IMG/VR virus record: IMGVR_UViG_3300021185_000297 | Coordinates: 1-37,156 of that record | Strand: one strand, 5' to 3' | Length of the DNA stretch: 37,156 bases | From: a virus | Lineage: Duplodnaviria; Caudoviricetes | Part shown: positions 24,431 to 32,982 of the stretch, piece by piece | Position numbering within the stretch: the stretch's first letter is position 1 | Layout of the letters: every line of letters starts with the position of its first letter | Translations under genes and position numbers: made by a program | Notes under the pieces: generated by a model | What the model saw: the letters and a program-made list of their open reading frames with translations, nothing else | Told to the model about the DNA's origin: nothing | Database searches by the model: none

Positions 24431-26419
24431 ATGACGATAAAAATAGATAAGAAAAAGGATGACCTACTCGCCTCATATGCAGTAGGAATGTTAAAGGACT
24501 TCTACCTAAAAGACCACGAAAAATCACCACAAGAAGGATTTGCCAGAGCAGCAAAAGCTTGGTCTAAGTATAAGGACGAAATGGATGAAGAACTCTCAGA
24601 ACGTCTTTATAGTTATGTTAGTAATAAGTGGTTTATGTACGCTAGTCCAGTACTTAGCAATGCCCCGAATGGAGAGTCTAAAAAAGATAAGGGGATGCCA
24701 ATTTCTTGTTTCCTTACTTACGTCCCTGATACTCTTGAGGGTCTCATATCTCATAGTTCTGAGTTACGTTGGCTTAGTGTTTATGGCGGGGGTGTCGGGG
24801 GTCATTGGTCTGACGTGCGAACCGTGTCTGACATTGCTCCAGGCCCAATTCCCTTCCTTCACACAGTAGATGCAGACATGATTGCTTACCGTCAAGGTAA
24901 GACACGTAAAGGTTCATATGCCGCATACATGAGTGTGCATCATCCCGACCTAATGGAATTCTTAAACATCCGTATTCCTACGGGTGATGTGCAACGTAAA
25001 GCATTGAACATTCATAACGCAATTAATATTACAGATGAGTTCATGCAGGCGGTTATCAACAATACCGATTATGAACTACGTGACCCTAAGAACGATGAAG
25101 TAAAAGATACTGCAAATGCACGTAAGGTATGGGAGAGAATTCTAGAAGTTAGATTTAGAACAGGTGAACCCTATCTAAACTTTATTGATACCGCAAACAA
25201 ATCATTACCTCAGAACCTAAAAGACTTGGGTCTAAAGATTCATGGGTCAAACCTATGTAACGAAATTCACTTACCGACAGATGCAGACAGAACTGCGGTC
25301 TGTTGTTTATCATCACTAAACTTGGAGTATTACGATGAATGGAAAGACACGACTATTGTCCGTGATATTGTTAGGATGCTTGACAACGTCTTGCAGTACT
25401 TTATCGATAACGCCCCCGATACCATTTCAAGAGCGAAGTACTCTGCTGAAAGAGAACGAAGCATTGGCTTGGGTGCAATGGGATTTCATTCCTTATTGCA
25501 AAAACACGGTGTCGCTTGGGAGTCGGAAAAAGCAAGAGAAATCAACAAAGTTGTGTTCCAACACATCAACGAACAAGCAGTTGCAGAAACAGAACTACTC
25601 GCAGAAGAACGTGGAGAGTATCCTGATGGGATTGGTACGGGAAGAAGAAACTCCCATCTCATAGCGATTGCCCCGAATGCATCCAGTGGTGTCATTCTAA
25701 GTACAAGTCCATCTATTGAACCATTGAAAGCAAACGCATATACACATCGTACACGTGCGGGTTCATTCTTGGTCAAGAACAAATACCTCAGTAAACTATT
25801 AGATGAGAAGGGTAAGAACACTGATTCTACTTGGACATCTATTATTACTGCAAAGGGTTCTGTACAACATCTACCATTCTTCACTGAAGGTGAGAAAGCA
25901 ATCTTTAGAACTGCGGATGAACTAGACCAAATGTGGTTGGTCACCCATGCAGCTGAACGTCAAGAGTTTATCTGTCAAGGACAATCCGTTAATCTATTCT
26001 TCCCTAGTGGTGCAGATAAGTCATATGTTAATATGGTTCACTTTAATGCATGGAAAAAAGGACTTAAAGGTCTGTATTACCTAAGAACAGAATCAAGTTC
26101 TCGTGCAGAGAATGTATCCGAGAAGGTAGAACGTGTCGCACTATCACAAGACAATCGTAGTATCATCTATGGTAAGAAAGATTGTCCGTTTTGTGCAATG
26201 GCAAAAGAAGAATTAAAACTTAGAGGTATTGTGTATGATTACATTGACCTCGAAGATATTGGCAAGACTGCCAAAGAGGTGACAGGTCGTAATGTTAAAA
26301 CAGTCCCCCAAATCTATATCGAAGGTGAATATGTAGGAGGTTATGATGAACTTATGACATACCTAGATGCAAATTCAGATACAGATGATGGAGAGGAATG
26401 TAAAGCGTGCGAAGGTTAA
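24431..26419 (+). CDS. nrdA: Class I ribonucleotide reductase alpha subunit, no ATP cone, with an embedded C-terminal glutaredoxin domain
   Basis: ASPVLSN, PISCF, GSNLCNEI, VCCLSS, IAPNASS, KGLYY; then CPFC...TVPQIYI-GEYVGGY; terminal CKACEG. Confidence 0.96.
   Translation: MTIKIDKKKDDLLASYAVGMLKDFYLKDHEKSPQEGFARAAKAWSKYKDEMDEELSERLYSYVSNKWFMYASPVLSNAPNGESKKDKGMPISCFLTYVPDTLEGLISHSSELRWLSVYGGGVGGHWSDVRTVSDIAPGPIPFLHTVDADMIAYRQGKTRKGSYAAYMSVHHPDLMEFLNIRIPTGDVQRKALNIHNAINITDEFMQAVINNTDYELRDPKNDEVKDTANARKVWERILEVRFRTGEPYLNFIDTANKSLPQNLKDLGLKIHGSNLCNEIHLPTDADRTAVCCLSSLNLEYYDEWKDTTIVRDIVRMLDNVLQYFIDNAPDTISRAKYSAERERSIGLGAMGFHSLLQKHGVAWESEKAREINKVVFQHINEQAVAETELLAEERGEYPDGIGTGRRNSHLIAIAPNASSGVILSTSPSIEPLKANAYTHRTRAGSFLVKNKYLSKLLDEKGKNTDSTWTSIITAKGSVQHLPFFTEGEKAIFRTADELDQMWLVTHAAERQEFICQGQSVNLFFPSGADKSYVNMVHFNAWKKGLKGLYYLRTESSSRAENVSEKVERVALSQDNRSIIYGKKDCPFCAMAKEELKLRGIVYDYIDLEDIGKTAKEVTGRNVKTVPQIYIEGEYVGGYDELMTYLDANSDTDDGEECKACEG
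24585..24869 (+). CDS. Candidate nested (+1 frame) 94-aa membrane protein inside nrdA
   Basis: TAAGGA 8 nt before ATG 24585; open for 94 codons; atypical GGG/GGC codons in the nrdA frame. Confidence 0.3.
   Translation: MKNSQNVFIVMLVISGLCTLVQYLAMPRMESLKKIRGCQFLVSLLTSLILLRVSYLIVLSYVGLVFMAGVSGVIGLTCEPCLTLLQAQFPSFTQ
25335..25664 (+). CDS. Candidate nested (+1 frame) 109-aa lipoprotein inside nrdA
   Basis: GGAG 7 nt before ATG; MNGKTRLLSVILLGCLTTSC has a basic n-region, h-region and lipobox-like Cys. Confidence 0.42.
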   Translation: MNGKTRLLSVILLGCLTTSCSTLSITPPIPFQERSTLLKENEALAWVQWDFIPYCKNTVSLGSRKKQEKSTKLCSNTSTNKQLQKQNYSQKNVESILMGLVREEETPIS

Positions 26420-27117
26420 TAACGTTCGGTGATAGTTTTGTTGAAGGATATGTAAAAAAGGGTGACAACGAGGAAAAGTCTTTTACAGATTTCCTTGGTG
26501 AAAGTCTAGGCATAGAATCAATAAATCAAGGTAAACGTGGAAATAGTGACTTTGTTATTTCATATGACGTGCTTCGTTATATAAATAACAGACCTACTAT
26601 GAACTTGTCTAAGGATTGTGCTTTCCTCATTTCGTGGTCAGGATGGAGACGAGGATATAAAACAAAAATAGAAGATGGACAAATTGAACTTTATGGTGGT
26701 GTAGAAAAACGTCTACATTCAGAAGCTGCGTTGGGATGTGCTCAGGTGCATAAACACCAAGTAGAGTTATCACAATATGCAATGGTGGGTTTCTTGACGG
26801 CTATGAAGATTCCATTTCTGTTCACTAACTCGTTTCAGGACTTGAAGAAAGTGCAAACAGATTACCCTTGGCGATTACCTTGGGAACATTACATTGAAGG
26901 TGAGTCTGACAACAATACCATTCAAGATATATTGAAAGGTACGTGGTTGAAATCACAAGGTAAACGGAAAGTGCTTGGCAGGAATCATCGTAGTAATTCG
27001 GTGCAAATAGAAAAGAAATACGGAGACTTAACACATGCGTGTGGTCATCCAACTAGGGCGGGTCATGAATTGATTTCAAAAACCCTAGAACCATATATAA
27101 AAGAACTAATTAAATAG
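26407..27117 (+). CDS. SGNH/GDSL hydrolase-like protein
   Basis: TFGDSFVEG (block I), NQGKRGNS (block II), GHPTRAGH (block V). Confidence 0.78.
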   Translation: MRRLITFGDSFVEGYVKKGDNEEKSFTDFLGESLGIESINQGKRGNSDFVISYDVLRYINNRPTMNLSKDCAFLISWSGWRRGYKTKIEDGQIELYGGVEKRLHSEAALGCAQVHKHQVELSQYAMVGFLTAMKIPFLFTNSFQDLKKVQTDYPWRLPWEHYIEGESDNNTIQDILKGTWLKSQGKRKVLGRNHRSNSVQIEKKYGDLTHACGHPTRAGHELISKTLEPYIKELIK

Positions 27118-27125
27118 GAGAAGAG

Positions 27126-28088
27126 ATGTCATTATTGGACTTTAGCAAAACATACAAACCTTTCCAATATCCTTGGGCGGTAGAACTAACAAAGAAACAT
27201 GAAGAGATTCATTGGATTGAGGACGAAGCTGAATTGTCCGAAGATGTACAAGATTGGAGAACCAAACTCTCAGACGGTGAGAAAGAATTTATTACACACG
27301 TACTACGATTGTTTACACAGTCAGACGTACAGGTAGGAGAGAACTACCACGAGTTACTAATCCCTCGTTTTAAGAACAATGAAGCACGTAACATGTTGTC
27401 ATCGTTTGCAAACCGTGAAGGTGTACACCAACGTGCATATGCATTGTTGAATGATACACTGGGATTGCCTGATGAAGACTTCCACGCATTTCTAGAATAC
27501 AAAGAGATGTCAGATAAGATTGACTTCATGAAAGAAGGTAACATCAATACTCATACAGGACTTGCACTTGCATTGGCTCAATCTGTGTTCAATGAAGGTA
27601 TGTCTGTATTCGCATCATTCGTGATGTTGTTGAACTTCCAACGTTTCGGTAAGATGAAAGGTATGGGAACAATTGTAGAATGGTCTATCCGTGATGAGAC
27701 ATTACACGTACAAGGTAACGCAAAGTTATTCCGTACATTCTGTGATGAACATCCTCGTGTAGTTAATGACGAACTAAAATCTAAAATCTATCAGATGTCT
27801 AAGAATGCAGTTAAACTAGAGGACAAGTTTATCGACCTTGCATACAATTCTACAGAAATTCAAGGACTAGAAAAGGATGATGTGAAGGCATATATCCGAC
27901 ACATTGCAGACCGTAGACTATTGCAACTAGGTATGAAACCTAAGTTCAAACAGAAAGATAATCCCTTACCTTGGTTAGACTGGGTACTAAATGGTGCATC
28001 TCATGATAACTTCTTTGAGAAGAGAGTTACTGAGTATAGTGCTGCTGGTATGTCAGGTGACTGGAATTGGGATGAGGTGGCTGCATAG
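27126..28088 (+). CDS. nrdB: Class I ribonucleotide reductase beta subunit
   Basis: FTQSDVQV, REGVHQRAY, NEGMSVFASF, WSIRDETLH, NFFEKRVTEY. Confidence 0.96.
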   Translation: MSLLDFSKTYKPFQYPWAVELTKKHEEIHWIEDEAELSEDVQDWRTKLSDGEKEFITHVLRLFTQSDVQVGENYHELLIPRFKNNEARNMLSSFANREGVHQRAYALLNDTLGLPDEDFHAFLEYKEMSDKIDFMKEGNINTHTGLALALAQSVFNEGMSVFASFVMLLNFQRFGKMKGMGTIVEWSIRDETLHVQGNAKLFRTFCDEHPRVVNDELKSKIYQMSKNAVKLEDKFIDLAYNSTEIQGLEKDDVKAYIRHIADRRLLQLGMKPKFKQKDNPLPWLDWVLNGASHDNFFEKRVTEYSAAGMSGDWNWDEVAA

Positions 28089-28231
28089 TGGAACAGTTTA
28101 CTTACGCATTGGAATGTATCATATGCGAAGTAGAAACTGAAGTGACTGTGCTTGACATAGACGAACGACCCTTACATTGTCCTATGTGTGGGTCAGAAGT
28201 AGAAGATATAGAATTACTGGATGAAGACTAA
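28088..28231 (+). CDS. 47-aa acidic zinc-ribbon protein
   Basis: GTG start after GAGG; CIIC...CPMCG; fills the gap exactly. Confidence 0.7.
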   Translation: MEQFTYALECIICEVETEVTVLDIDERPLHCPMCGSEVEDIELLDED

Positions 28232-28546
28232 ATGACAAACGACCTAGGAAGAAAGATTCTCGCTTTCTTTATTTTTATTATATTCTTTTGGATGTGGCCG
28301 TATAGGTTATTTACCAAGAAGAACAACTGTTACTTTTGGACACTCGAAAAACTCATAACTACAGGTGGACATGTCAACTGGTACAAGTCCGCACTGTGGT
28401 ATGGGTATCACTGTACATGGGTTGATGAAGATGGTCAAGAATGGGAATATACATTACCCAAGATGAGAAGAACATCCCTACTTAAAGTTATGTGGTACAA
28501 CGGAGTAGTCCGTAAATTCACTTCAAGGAACAACCACTTCCTATAG
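28232..28546 (+). CDS. Hypothetical protein with an N-terminal TM helix
   Basis: ILAFFIFIIFFWMW; abuts the upstream stop. Confidence 0.65.
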   Translation: MTNDLGRKILAFFIFIIFFWMWPYRLFTKKNNCYFWTLEKLITTGGHVNWYKSALWYGYHCTWVDEDGQEWEYTLPKMRRTSLLKVMWYNGVVRKFTSRNNHFL

Positions 28547-28559
28547 TCCTATATACTGT

Positions 28560-28973
28560 ATGGACTGGACATACAATAACGAATCATTTGACCCCACCGA
28601 AGAGTTTCTCTCAGATTATCAGGGATTCGTATATGAACTTGAAGAACTCTCTACTGGTAAGAAGTATATCGGTAAGAAGTTCTTTTGGTCTGTCCGTAGA
28701 CTTCCCCCTCTCAAAGGTGCGAAACGCAAACGAATAGTAAAGAAACAATCCGACTGGAAGGACTACTATGGTTCGTCCGAAACGGTAAAAACCCTCGTAG
28801 AAGGGGGTCAGGGGTTCGCCAGACGCATCCTAAGACTATGTTCTACTAAAGGGGAGTGTTCATACTATGAAGCCAAACTACAATTCGAATATGATGTCCT
28901 ACTCAGGGACGATTACTATAACGAGTTCATTGGGTGCAAAATCCACTCGAAGCATATACGAAAAAGTTCTTAA
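28560..28973 (+). CDS. GIY-YIG family endonuclease
   Basis: GFVY...GKKYIGKK, YYGSS, YYEAK, YYN. Confidence 0.85.
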   Translation: MDWTYNNESFDPTEEFLSDYQGFVYELEELSTGKKYIGKKFFWSVRRLPPLKGAKRKRIVKKQSDWKDYYGSSETVKTLVEGGQGFARRILRLCSTKGECSYYEAKLQFEYDVLLRDDYYNEFIGCKIHSKHIRKSS

Positions 28974-29001
28974 AACCCCTTTTCTTATTCCAAAATAGTC
29001 T

Positions 29002-29030
29002 TTGACTTATCCTGCCAAACATGTCATAAT
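29002..29030 (+). promoter_or_regulatory. Early sigma70-type promoter
   Basis: TTGACT-17bp-CATAAT with extended -10 TG. Confidence 0.75.
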
Positions 29031-29061
29031 ACACTTGTATTGAGAATGAGAGGTGAGAGAG

Positions 29062-29229
29062 ATGTTCGAGGTTGGTGAGAAAGTTTGGGTCAAGTGTGTT
29101 GGTACTGAGTGTTGGGTTGCTGGTGTTGTCACGGGAATGACCCCCAAACGAATCCGAGTCTACAATGAGGTTCGTTGTCTTGAAGGTTTGTACGCTCCCC
29201 AAAATGTTCAGAAGCCAGAAAAAAAATGA
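29062..29229 (+). CDS. 55-aa SH3-like early protein
   Basis: GAGG RBS; MFEVGEKVWVK...GVVTGMTPKRIRV. Confidence 0.7.
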   Translation: MFEVGEKVWVKCVGTECWVAGVVTGMTPKRIRVYNEVRCLEGLYAPQNVQKPEKK

Positions 29230-29248
29230 AATTAATTGAAAAAAACGC

Positions 29249-29280
29249 TTGACATTTCCTGCCACGCTTGTTATTATAAT
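29249..29280 (+). promoter_or_regulatory. Early sigma70-type promoter
   Basis: TTGACA-17bp-TATTAT (overlapping TATAAT) with extended -10 TG. Confidence 0.75.
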
Positions 29281-29307
29281 AACATAATGAAGAAAGAGAG
29301 AGAAATT

Positions 29308-29625
29308 ATGAAAAATCAAAAACTAGTGTTTGACGGTGGATATCCTAACAACGATGAAAAAGGTCAATTCATTGAATACCTAATGGCGTTCTATGGTAAA
29401 GACCCTAAATGGGATGCGGTTTACAAAGATGCCCAAATGGGTGTCGTGGACGCATATGAGTGTATGGAAGAATACCTTAATGGTGATTATCCTTGCATCG
29501 AAGAGAACTGGACTACTGATGCCTACGGTATCAAAGTTCCTACTCACCTTTGGGGTGGTGGAGACACTGTCGATAGAGAGAAGGTTTTTGAAATATATTT
29601 TAACAAGTGCGAGGAGGTTGCATAA
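29308..29625 (+). CDS. Hypothetical early protein
   Basis: Purine-rich leader after the promoter; WGGGDTVDREKV motif. Confidence 0.7.
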   Translation: MKNQKLVFDGGYPNNDEKGQFIEYLMAFYGKDPKWDAVYKDAQMGVVDAYECMEEYLNGDYPCIEENWTTDAYGIKVPTHLWGGGDTVDREKVFEIYFNKCEEVA

Positions 29626-29957
29626 TGGGAATAAACGTAGACATTTATAAACACGGTAATTACGACTGCACCAATGGTGGTGAGTCAAGTTACGCAAAAG
29701 GTTTCTGTGTGGTAAACGCAGAAGGGCCATTCGAACCCAGTGAGGACTATCCGTCCGCAACACTGGTAATGGCAGAACCTATCGGTGGTAGGAAGATACT
29801 TAGGTTGATTCCGACTCAAAAGTTGAATAACAACATGACCATGTTCGGTGGGAACTATGCGGGTGGTTCAGACTCAAGGTTCTCAAGACTTTGTGATGAA
29901 CTACTTGGTGGTTCGTTCTACGGTGCTGTTGCTATCCACGATAGGGTGGAAGGATGA
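29625..29957 (+). CDS. Hypothetical early protein
   Basis: GAGGAGG RBS; DCTNGG...MFGGNY...SDSRF...AVAIHDRVE. Confidence 0.75.
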   Translation: MGINVDIYKHGNYDCTNGGESSYAKGFCVVNAEGPFEPSEDYPSATLVMAEPIGGRKILRLIPTQKLNNNMTMFGGNYAGGSDSRFSRLCDELLGGSFYGAVAIHDRVEG

Positions 29958-30082
29958 GTAAAGGATACAAAAAGGGTACTCTGTTACAGGAGTACTTCTT
30001 GAACCCGCACTTCAAACCGACTGAAAAACAGTTGAAAGAAATCGAACTTATTTTGAAAATAACGCTTGACAAAACCTGTTGA
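29954..30082 (+). CDS. 42-aa hypothetical peptide
   Basis: ATGA overlap; runs up to the next promoter. Confidence 0.45.
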   Translation: MSKGYKKGTLLQEYFLNPHFKPTEKQLKEIELILKITLDKTC

Positions 30083-30094
30083 GTATGTAATAAT
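30066..30094 (+). promoter_or_regulatory. Early sigma70-type promoter
   Basis: TTGACA-17bp-AATAAT with extended -10 TG. Confidence 0.7.
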
Positions 30095-30127
30095 GTATTT
30101 GTAATTGAGATTTAGGAGAAAGAAATT

Positions 30128-30547
30128 ATGGCGTATGTAAGTCAAGAAAATAAGAAAAAGTTAGCGGTTGGAATCAAAGCCGTTTGTAAGAAATATGGAT
30201 ACAAAGTAAGTTTGGGTGTTCAACACCACAGTACTTTGGTTGCCAAAATCAAAGGTGCAGAAGACATCATGGAAGAATACTGTGAGGTTCAGATGCAACC
30301 TCAGAAGGTCTTAGAGAGGGAAAACAGACACTACACGTTTAGCCCTGTCGAAGTAATGGAAGAAGCTAAGAAGTGGGGACACAGAGTCAACGAATACTGG
30401 ATTCCCGAAAACTACGGTGAGAAAGGTATTGCCTTCTTGACTGAATTGAAAGGTGCTATGGAAGGTGAAGACTTCTTCTGTGAAGATGATGCGATGACTG
30501 ACTACTTCCACAGAAGTCACTATATTGAAATGAGTTTGTACGCTTAA
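30128..30547 (+). CDS. Hypothetical early protein
   Basis: AGGAG RBS; MAYVSQE...VQHHSTL...DAMTDYFH. Confidence 0.75.
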   Translation: MAYVSQENKKKLAVGIKAVCKKYGYKVSLGVQHHSTLVAKIKGAEDIMEEYCEVQMQPQKVLERENRHYTFSPVEVMEEAKKWGHRVNEYWIPENYGEKGIAFLTELKGAMEGEDFFCEDDAMTDYFHRSHYIEMSLYA

Positions 30548-30558
30548 TTAGAAAGGAA

Positions 30559-30717
30559 ATGGATAATATGGAATTTTATTTTGAAATGTTGAATGAGTTG
30601 CGTGAGAGCGGAACGATGAATATGTTCGGTGCGCCCAAGTGGTTGCAAGAGAACTTTGGTTTGAGTAAAACTGAGGCACGTGAAGTCTTCATGGCTTGGA
30701 CTGAGAGTTTCGGATGA
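30559..30717 (+). CDS. 52-aa hypothetical protein (LRESGxxNMFGA motif)
   Basis: Read from sequence; AAGGA RBS; ATGA overlap with the next gene. Confidence 0.7.
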   Translation: MDNMEFYFEMLNELRESGTMNMFGAPKWLQENFGLSKTEAREVFMAWTESFG

Positions 30718-30902
30718 GCGCCGTACCTGAGTTCGTAGAGAAGAAAGCAGAAGCAATCACCGAGATGATTGCTGTCTGTAAGAAGCAATTGGTTGAACAA
30801 GTCAAGAACGGAGAAGACGAAGCTGCGTATAACACTGAGTGGTTACTCAACGAGTACGAAGAACAGTTGATGGAATTGCGTTCTTATTACTACCCTAAGT
30901 AG
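30714..30902 (+). CDS. Small acidic helical protein
   Basis: ORF in operon context. Confidence 0.65.
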   Translation: MSAVPEFVEKKAEAITEMIAVCKKQLVEQVKNGEDEAAYNTEWLLNEYEEQLMELRSYYYPK

Positions 30903-30918
30903 TATCAAAGGAGTGGTT

Positions 30919-31272
30919 ATGAAAGCAGGAAAAATTTGGGGACAGACTGAACTCATTCATGCGAATGGGGTTTTGGAGTTTCACCGTATTGAATTCAAGA
31001 AAGGATTCAAGTGTTCGGAACACTTACATGAATATAAGTGGAATGGATTCTATTGTGAACAAGGACAGATGATTGTTCGTGTATGGCAAGACGGTGACCA
31101 AGATGGTCTTGTCGATGAAACAATTCTGAAGGCGGGTGAGTTTACACAGGTAAAGCCAGGTAAAGTTCACCAGTTTGAAGGGTTATCGGACGGTGTCGCA
31201 TTTGAGTTATATTGGGCAGAGTTCAATCATAACGACATTGTACGTAGAACGGTTGGTCAGAAATCAACCTAA
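30919..31272 (+). CDS. Cupin-domain protein
   Basis: CSEHLHEYKWNGF...VKPGKVHQFEG...FELY; AAGGAG RBS. Confidence 0.82.
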   Translation: MKAGKIWGQTELIHANGVLEFHRIEFKKGFKCSEHLHEYKWNGFYCEQGQMIVRVWQDGDQDGLVDETILKAGEFTQVKPGKVHQFEGLSDGVAFELYWAEFNHNDIVRRTVGQKST

Positions 31273-31282
31273 AATAAATCTA

Positions 31283-31310
31283 AAAAAGGTGTCTGTAGAG
31301 ATGCCTTTTT
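31283..31310 (+). terminator. Intrinsic terminator, possibly bidirectional
   Basis: AAAAAGGTGTCT-GTAG-AGATGCCTTTTT inverted repeat. Confidence 0.65.
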
Positions 31311-31340
31311 GCATATATAATACTATAGAGGAAAGATATT

Positions 31341-31769
31341 ATGGAAAAAGAAGTTTTCGAACTTTTTGAAGATTTTCAAAAACTAACAAAGAAGGCAGAT
31401 AAGATTAAATTCCTTCGAGAAACAGGGGACAAGTGTCCCGCATTTAAAGACGTTATTCGTGGTGCATTCGACCCACGACTTAAATTCGTATTACCGTCAG
31501 GTAAACCACCCTACACCCCTAATAGGCCCGAAAGTGTGCCATCAAGTCTACGTAGAATGCATCGACAGTTCGGTGACTACGTTGAGGGTGCCCGAAGTTC
31601 AGCACAACCTCAATGGAAGATTGAGAGAAGTTTTTTACAGTTATTGGAGAGTGTCTTTGCTGAAGATGCATTGATAGTTATTGACATGGTCAATAAGAAA
31701 TCTCCATCAAAAGGATTGACCAAGAAGTTGGTACAGGAGGCGTTTCCGAGTATGTTACCTTCCGCCTAA
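31341..31769 (+). CDS. Conserved T4-like phage protein (DUF6433-like)
   Basis: GAFDP...LPSGKPPY...ERSFLQLLESV...GLTKKLVQEAFP. Confidence 0.7.
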   Translation: MEKEVFELFEDFQKLTKKADKIKFLRETGDKCPAFKDVIRGAFDPRLKFVLPSGKPPYTPNRPESVPSSLRRMHRQFGDYVEGARSSAQPQWKIERSFLQLLESVFAEDALIVIDMVNKKSPSKGLTKKLVQEAFPSMLPSA

Positions 31770-31818
31770 TTTCTTCACTTCGTTATGAGTTTAACAACCA
31801 TTAACTAAGGAGACGTTT

Positions 31819-31992
31819 ATGCCGTATAATCAGATAGAACGGTTAAAGAATGATAAAAGAGAACTGGACAATTATATTTACCGAATGAAGAAAAAAGGTA
31901 AAGATAATCTCGTCAAAAAGTTGTCTGAAAAACAAGCATTCTTGTCAGCCTCTATCGAACAATATGATGAGATTATTCAACAATCAGCATAA
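31819..31992 (+). CDS. 57-aa helical hypothetical protein
   Basis: TAAGGAG RBS; read from sequence (MPYNQIERLKNDKRELD...). Confidence 0.7.
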   Translation: MPYNQIERLKNDKRELDNYIYRMKKKGKDNLVKKLSEKQAFLSASIEQYDEIIQQSA

Positions 31993-32013
31993 ATAAGGAA
32001 GGTGATACTATCT

Positions 32014-32037
32014 CGGAGGGACGCTTGCGTCCCTTCG
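32014..32037 (+). terminator. Stable hairpin with a CUUG tetraloop (terminator or processing/stability element)
   Basis: CGGAGGGACG-CTTG-CGTCCCTTCG; weak U tract. Confidence 0.5.
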
Positions 32038-32064
32038 TCATTTATAAACAGGATATATAATACT

Positions 32065-32304
32065 ATGCCAACGTATGATTTTTTAAATAAGAAGACCGAA
32101 GAGGTCGAAGAACATGTTATGAAGATGTCAGAATATGATGACTTCGTAAAGGATAATCCGCATCTTCAAAGACAGTTCACCGCACCCGCCCTGATATCTC
32201 AGGCACAAGGGAACATCGTAGGACAAACATCCACTGACTGGCGTGACCATTTGAAACGCATCAAGAAACAGAGTGGCCGCAATAACACAATTAAGACCTT
32301 TTAA
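32065..32304 (+). CDS. FmdB-like small protein lacking the zinc-binding cysteines
   Basis: MPTYDFLN...E...NPHL N-terminal pattern; TAATG coupling to phoH. Confidence 0.65.
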   Translation: MPTYDFLNKKTEEVEEHVMKMSEYDDFVKDNPHLQRQFTAPALISQAQGNIVGQTSTDWRDHLKRIKKQSGRNNTIKTF

Positions 32305-32981
32305 TGACTAGACCTCAGATATTACGTATCGACCACCTTAATACCTTTGACCCCCTAACAGAAAATCAGAAGACATCCTTCGATGCATGGAAAGATGGTA
32401 ATCATCTTATGATGTATGGTACTGCGGGAACAGGTAAGACTTTTCTTGGAATTTACTTTGCACTCGAAGAGGTCATGAATAAATCGACCCCTCTTGATAA
32501 AGTTGTTATCGTAAGAAGCGTTGTACCAACTAGAGAGATAGGATATTTGCCTGGCACTCTCGAAGAAAAACTATCAGCTTACACTGCACCCTATATTCCT
32601 ATCATGTCAACATTGTTTGATGATGGTAGTGCGTTTGAGAAACTAATAAGACAAGACGTATTAGAAATCATGTCTACATCTCACATTCGTGGATTGACAT
32701 TAGATGATACCATTGTTGTTGTTGATGAATGTCAGAACCTTACGTTCCACGAACTTGATTCCATAATAACAAGGTTGGGTCGCAACTCAAGAATCATCTT
32801 TGCGGGTGATTACAGACAATCCGATTTTACTAAAGAAAATGATAAAAAGGGTATTATGGACTTTATAAATATCATCGAACAACTGAAAAACTTTAGTTGT
32901 GTCGAGTATAATTGGAAAGATATTGTACGGAGTGATTTCGTAAGAGACTATATCATGACCAAAGAAATGTTAGGATACTAA
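32304..32981 (+). CDS. phoH: PhoH-like ATPase
   Basis: GTAGTGKT, IGYLPG, IRGLT, VDECQN, ITRLG, GDYRQSD, DIVRS. Confidence 0.95.
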   Translation: MTRPQILRIDHLNTFDPLTENQKTSFDAWKDGNHLMMYGTAGTGKTFLGIYFALEEVMNKSTPLDKVVIVRSVVPTREIGYLPGTLEEKLSAYTAPYIPIMSTLFDDGSAFEKLIRQDVLEIMSTSHIRGLTLDDTIVVVDECQNLTFHELDSIITRLGRNSRIIFAGDYRQSDFTKENDKKGIMDFINIIEQLKNFSCVEYNWKDIVRSDFVRDYIMTKEMLGY

Positions 32982-32982
32982 A

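Noticed and set aside
24431-28088. Group I intron or intein in nrdA or nrdB
   Set aside because: Both frames are continuous with normal motif spacing; the only insertion is the glutaredoxin domain.
28560-28973. GIY-YIG gene as a mobile homing endonuclease
   Set aside because: It is only a 137-aa catalytic domain with no visible DNA-binding extension, more like the EndoII-type nucleases of T4-like phages. Mobility is unsupported.
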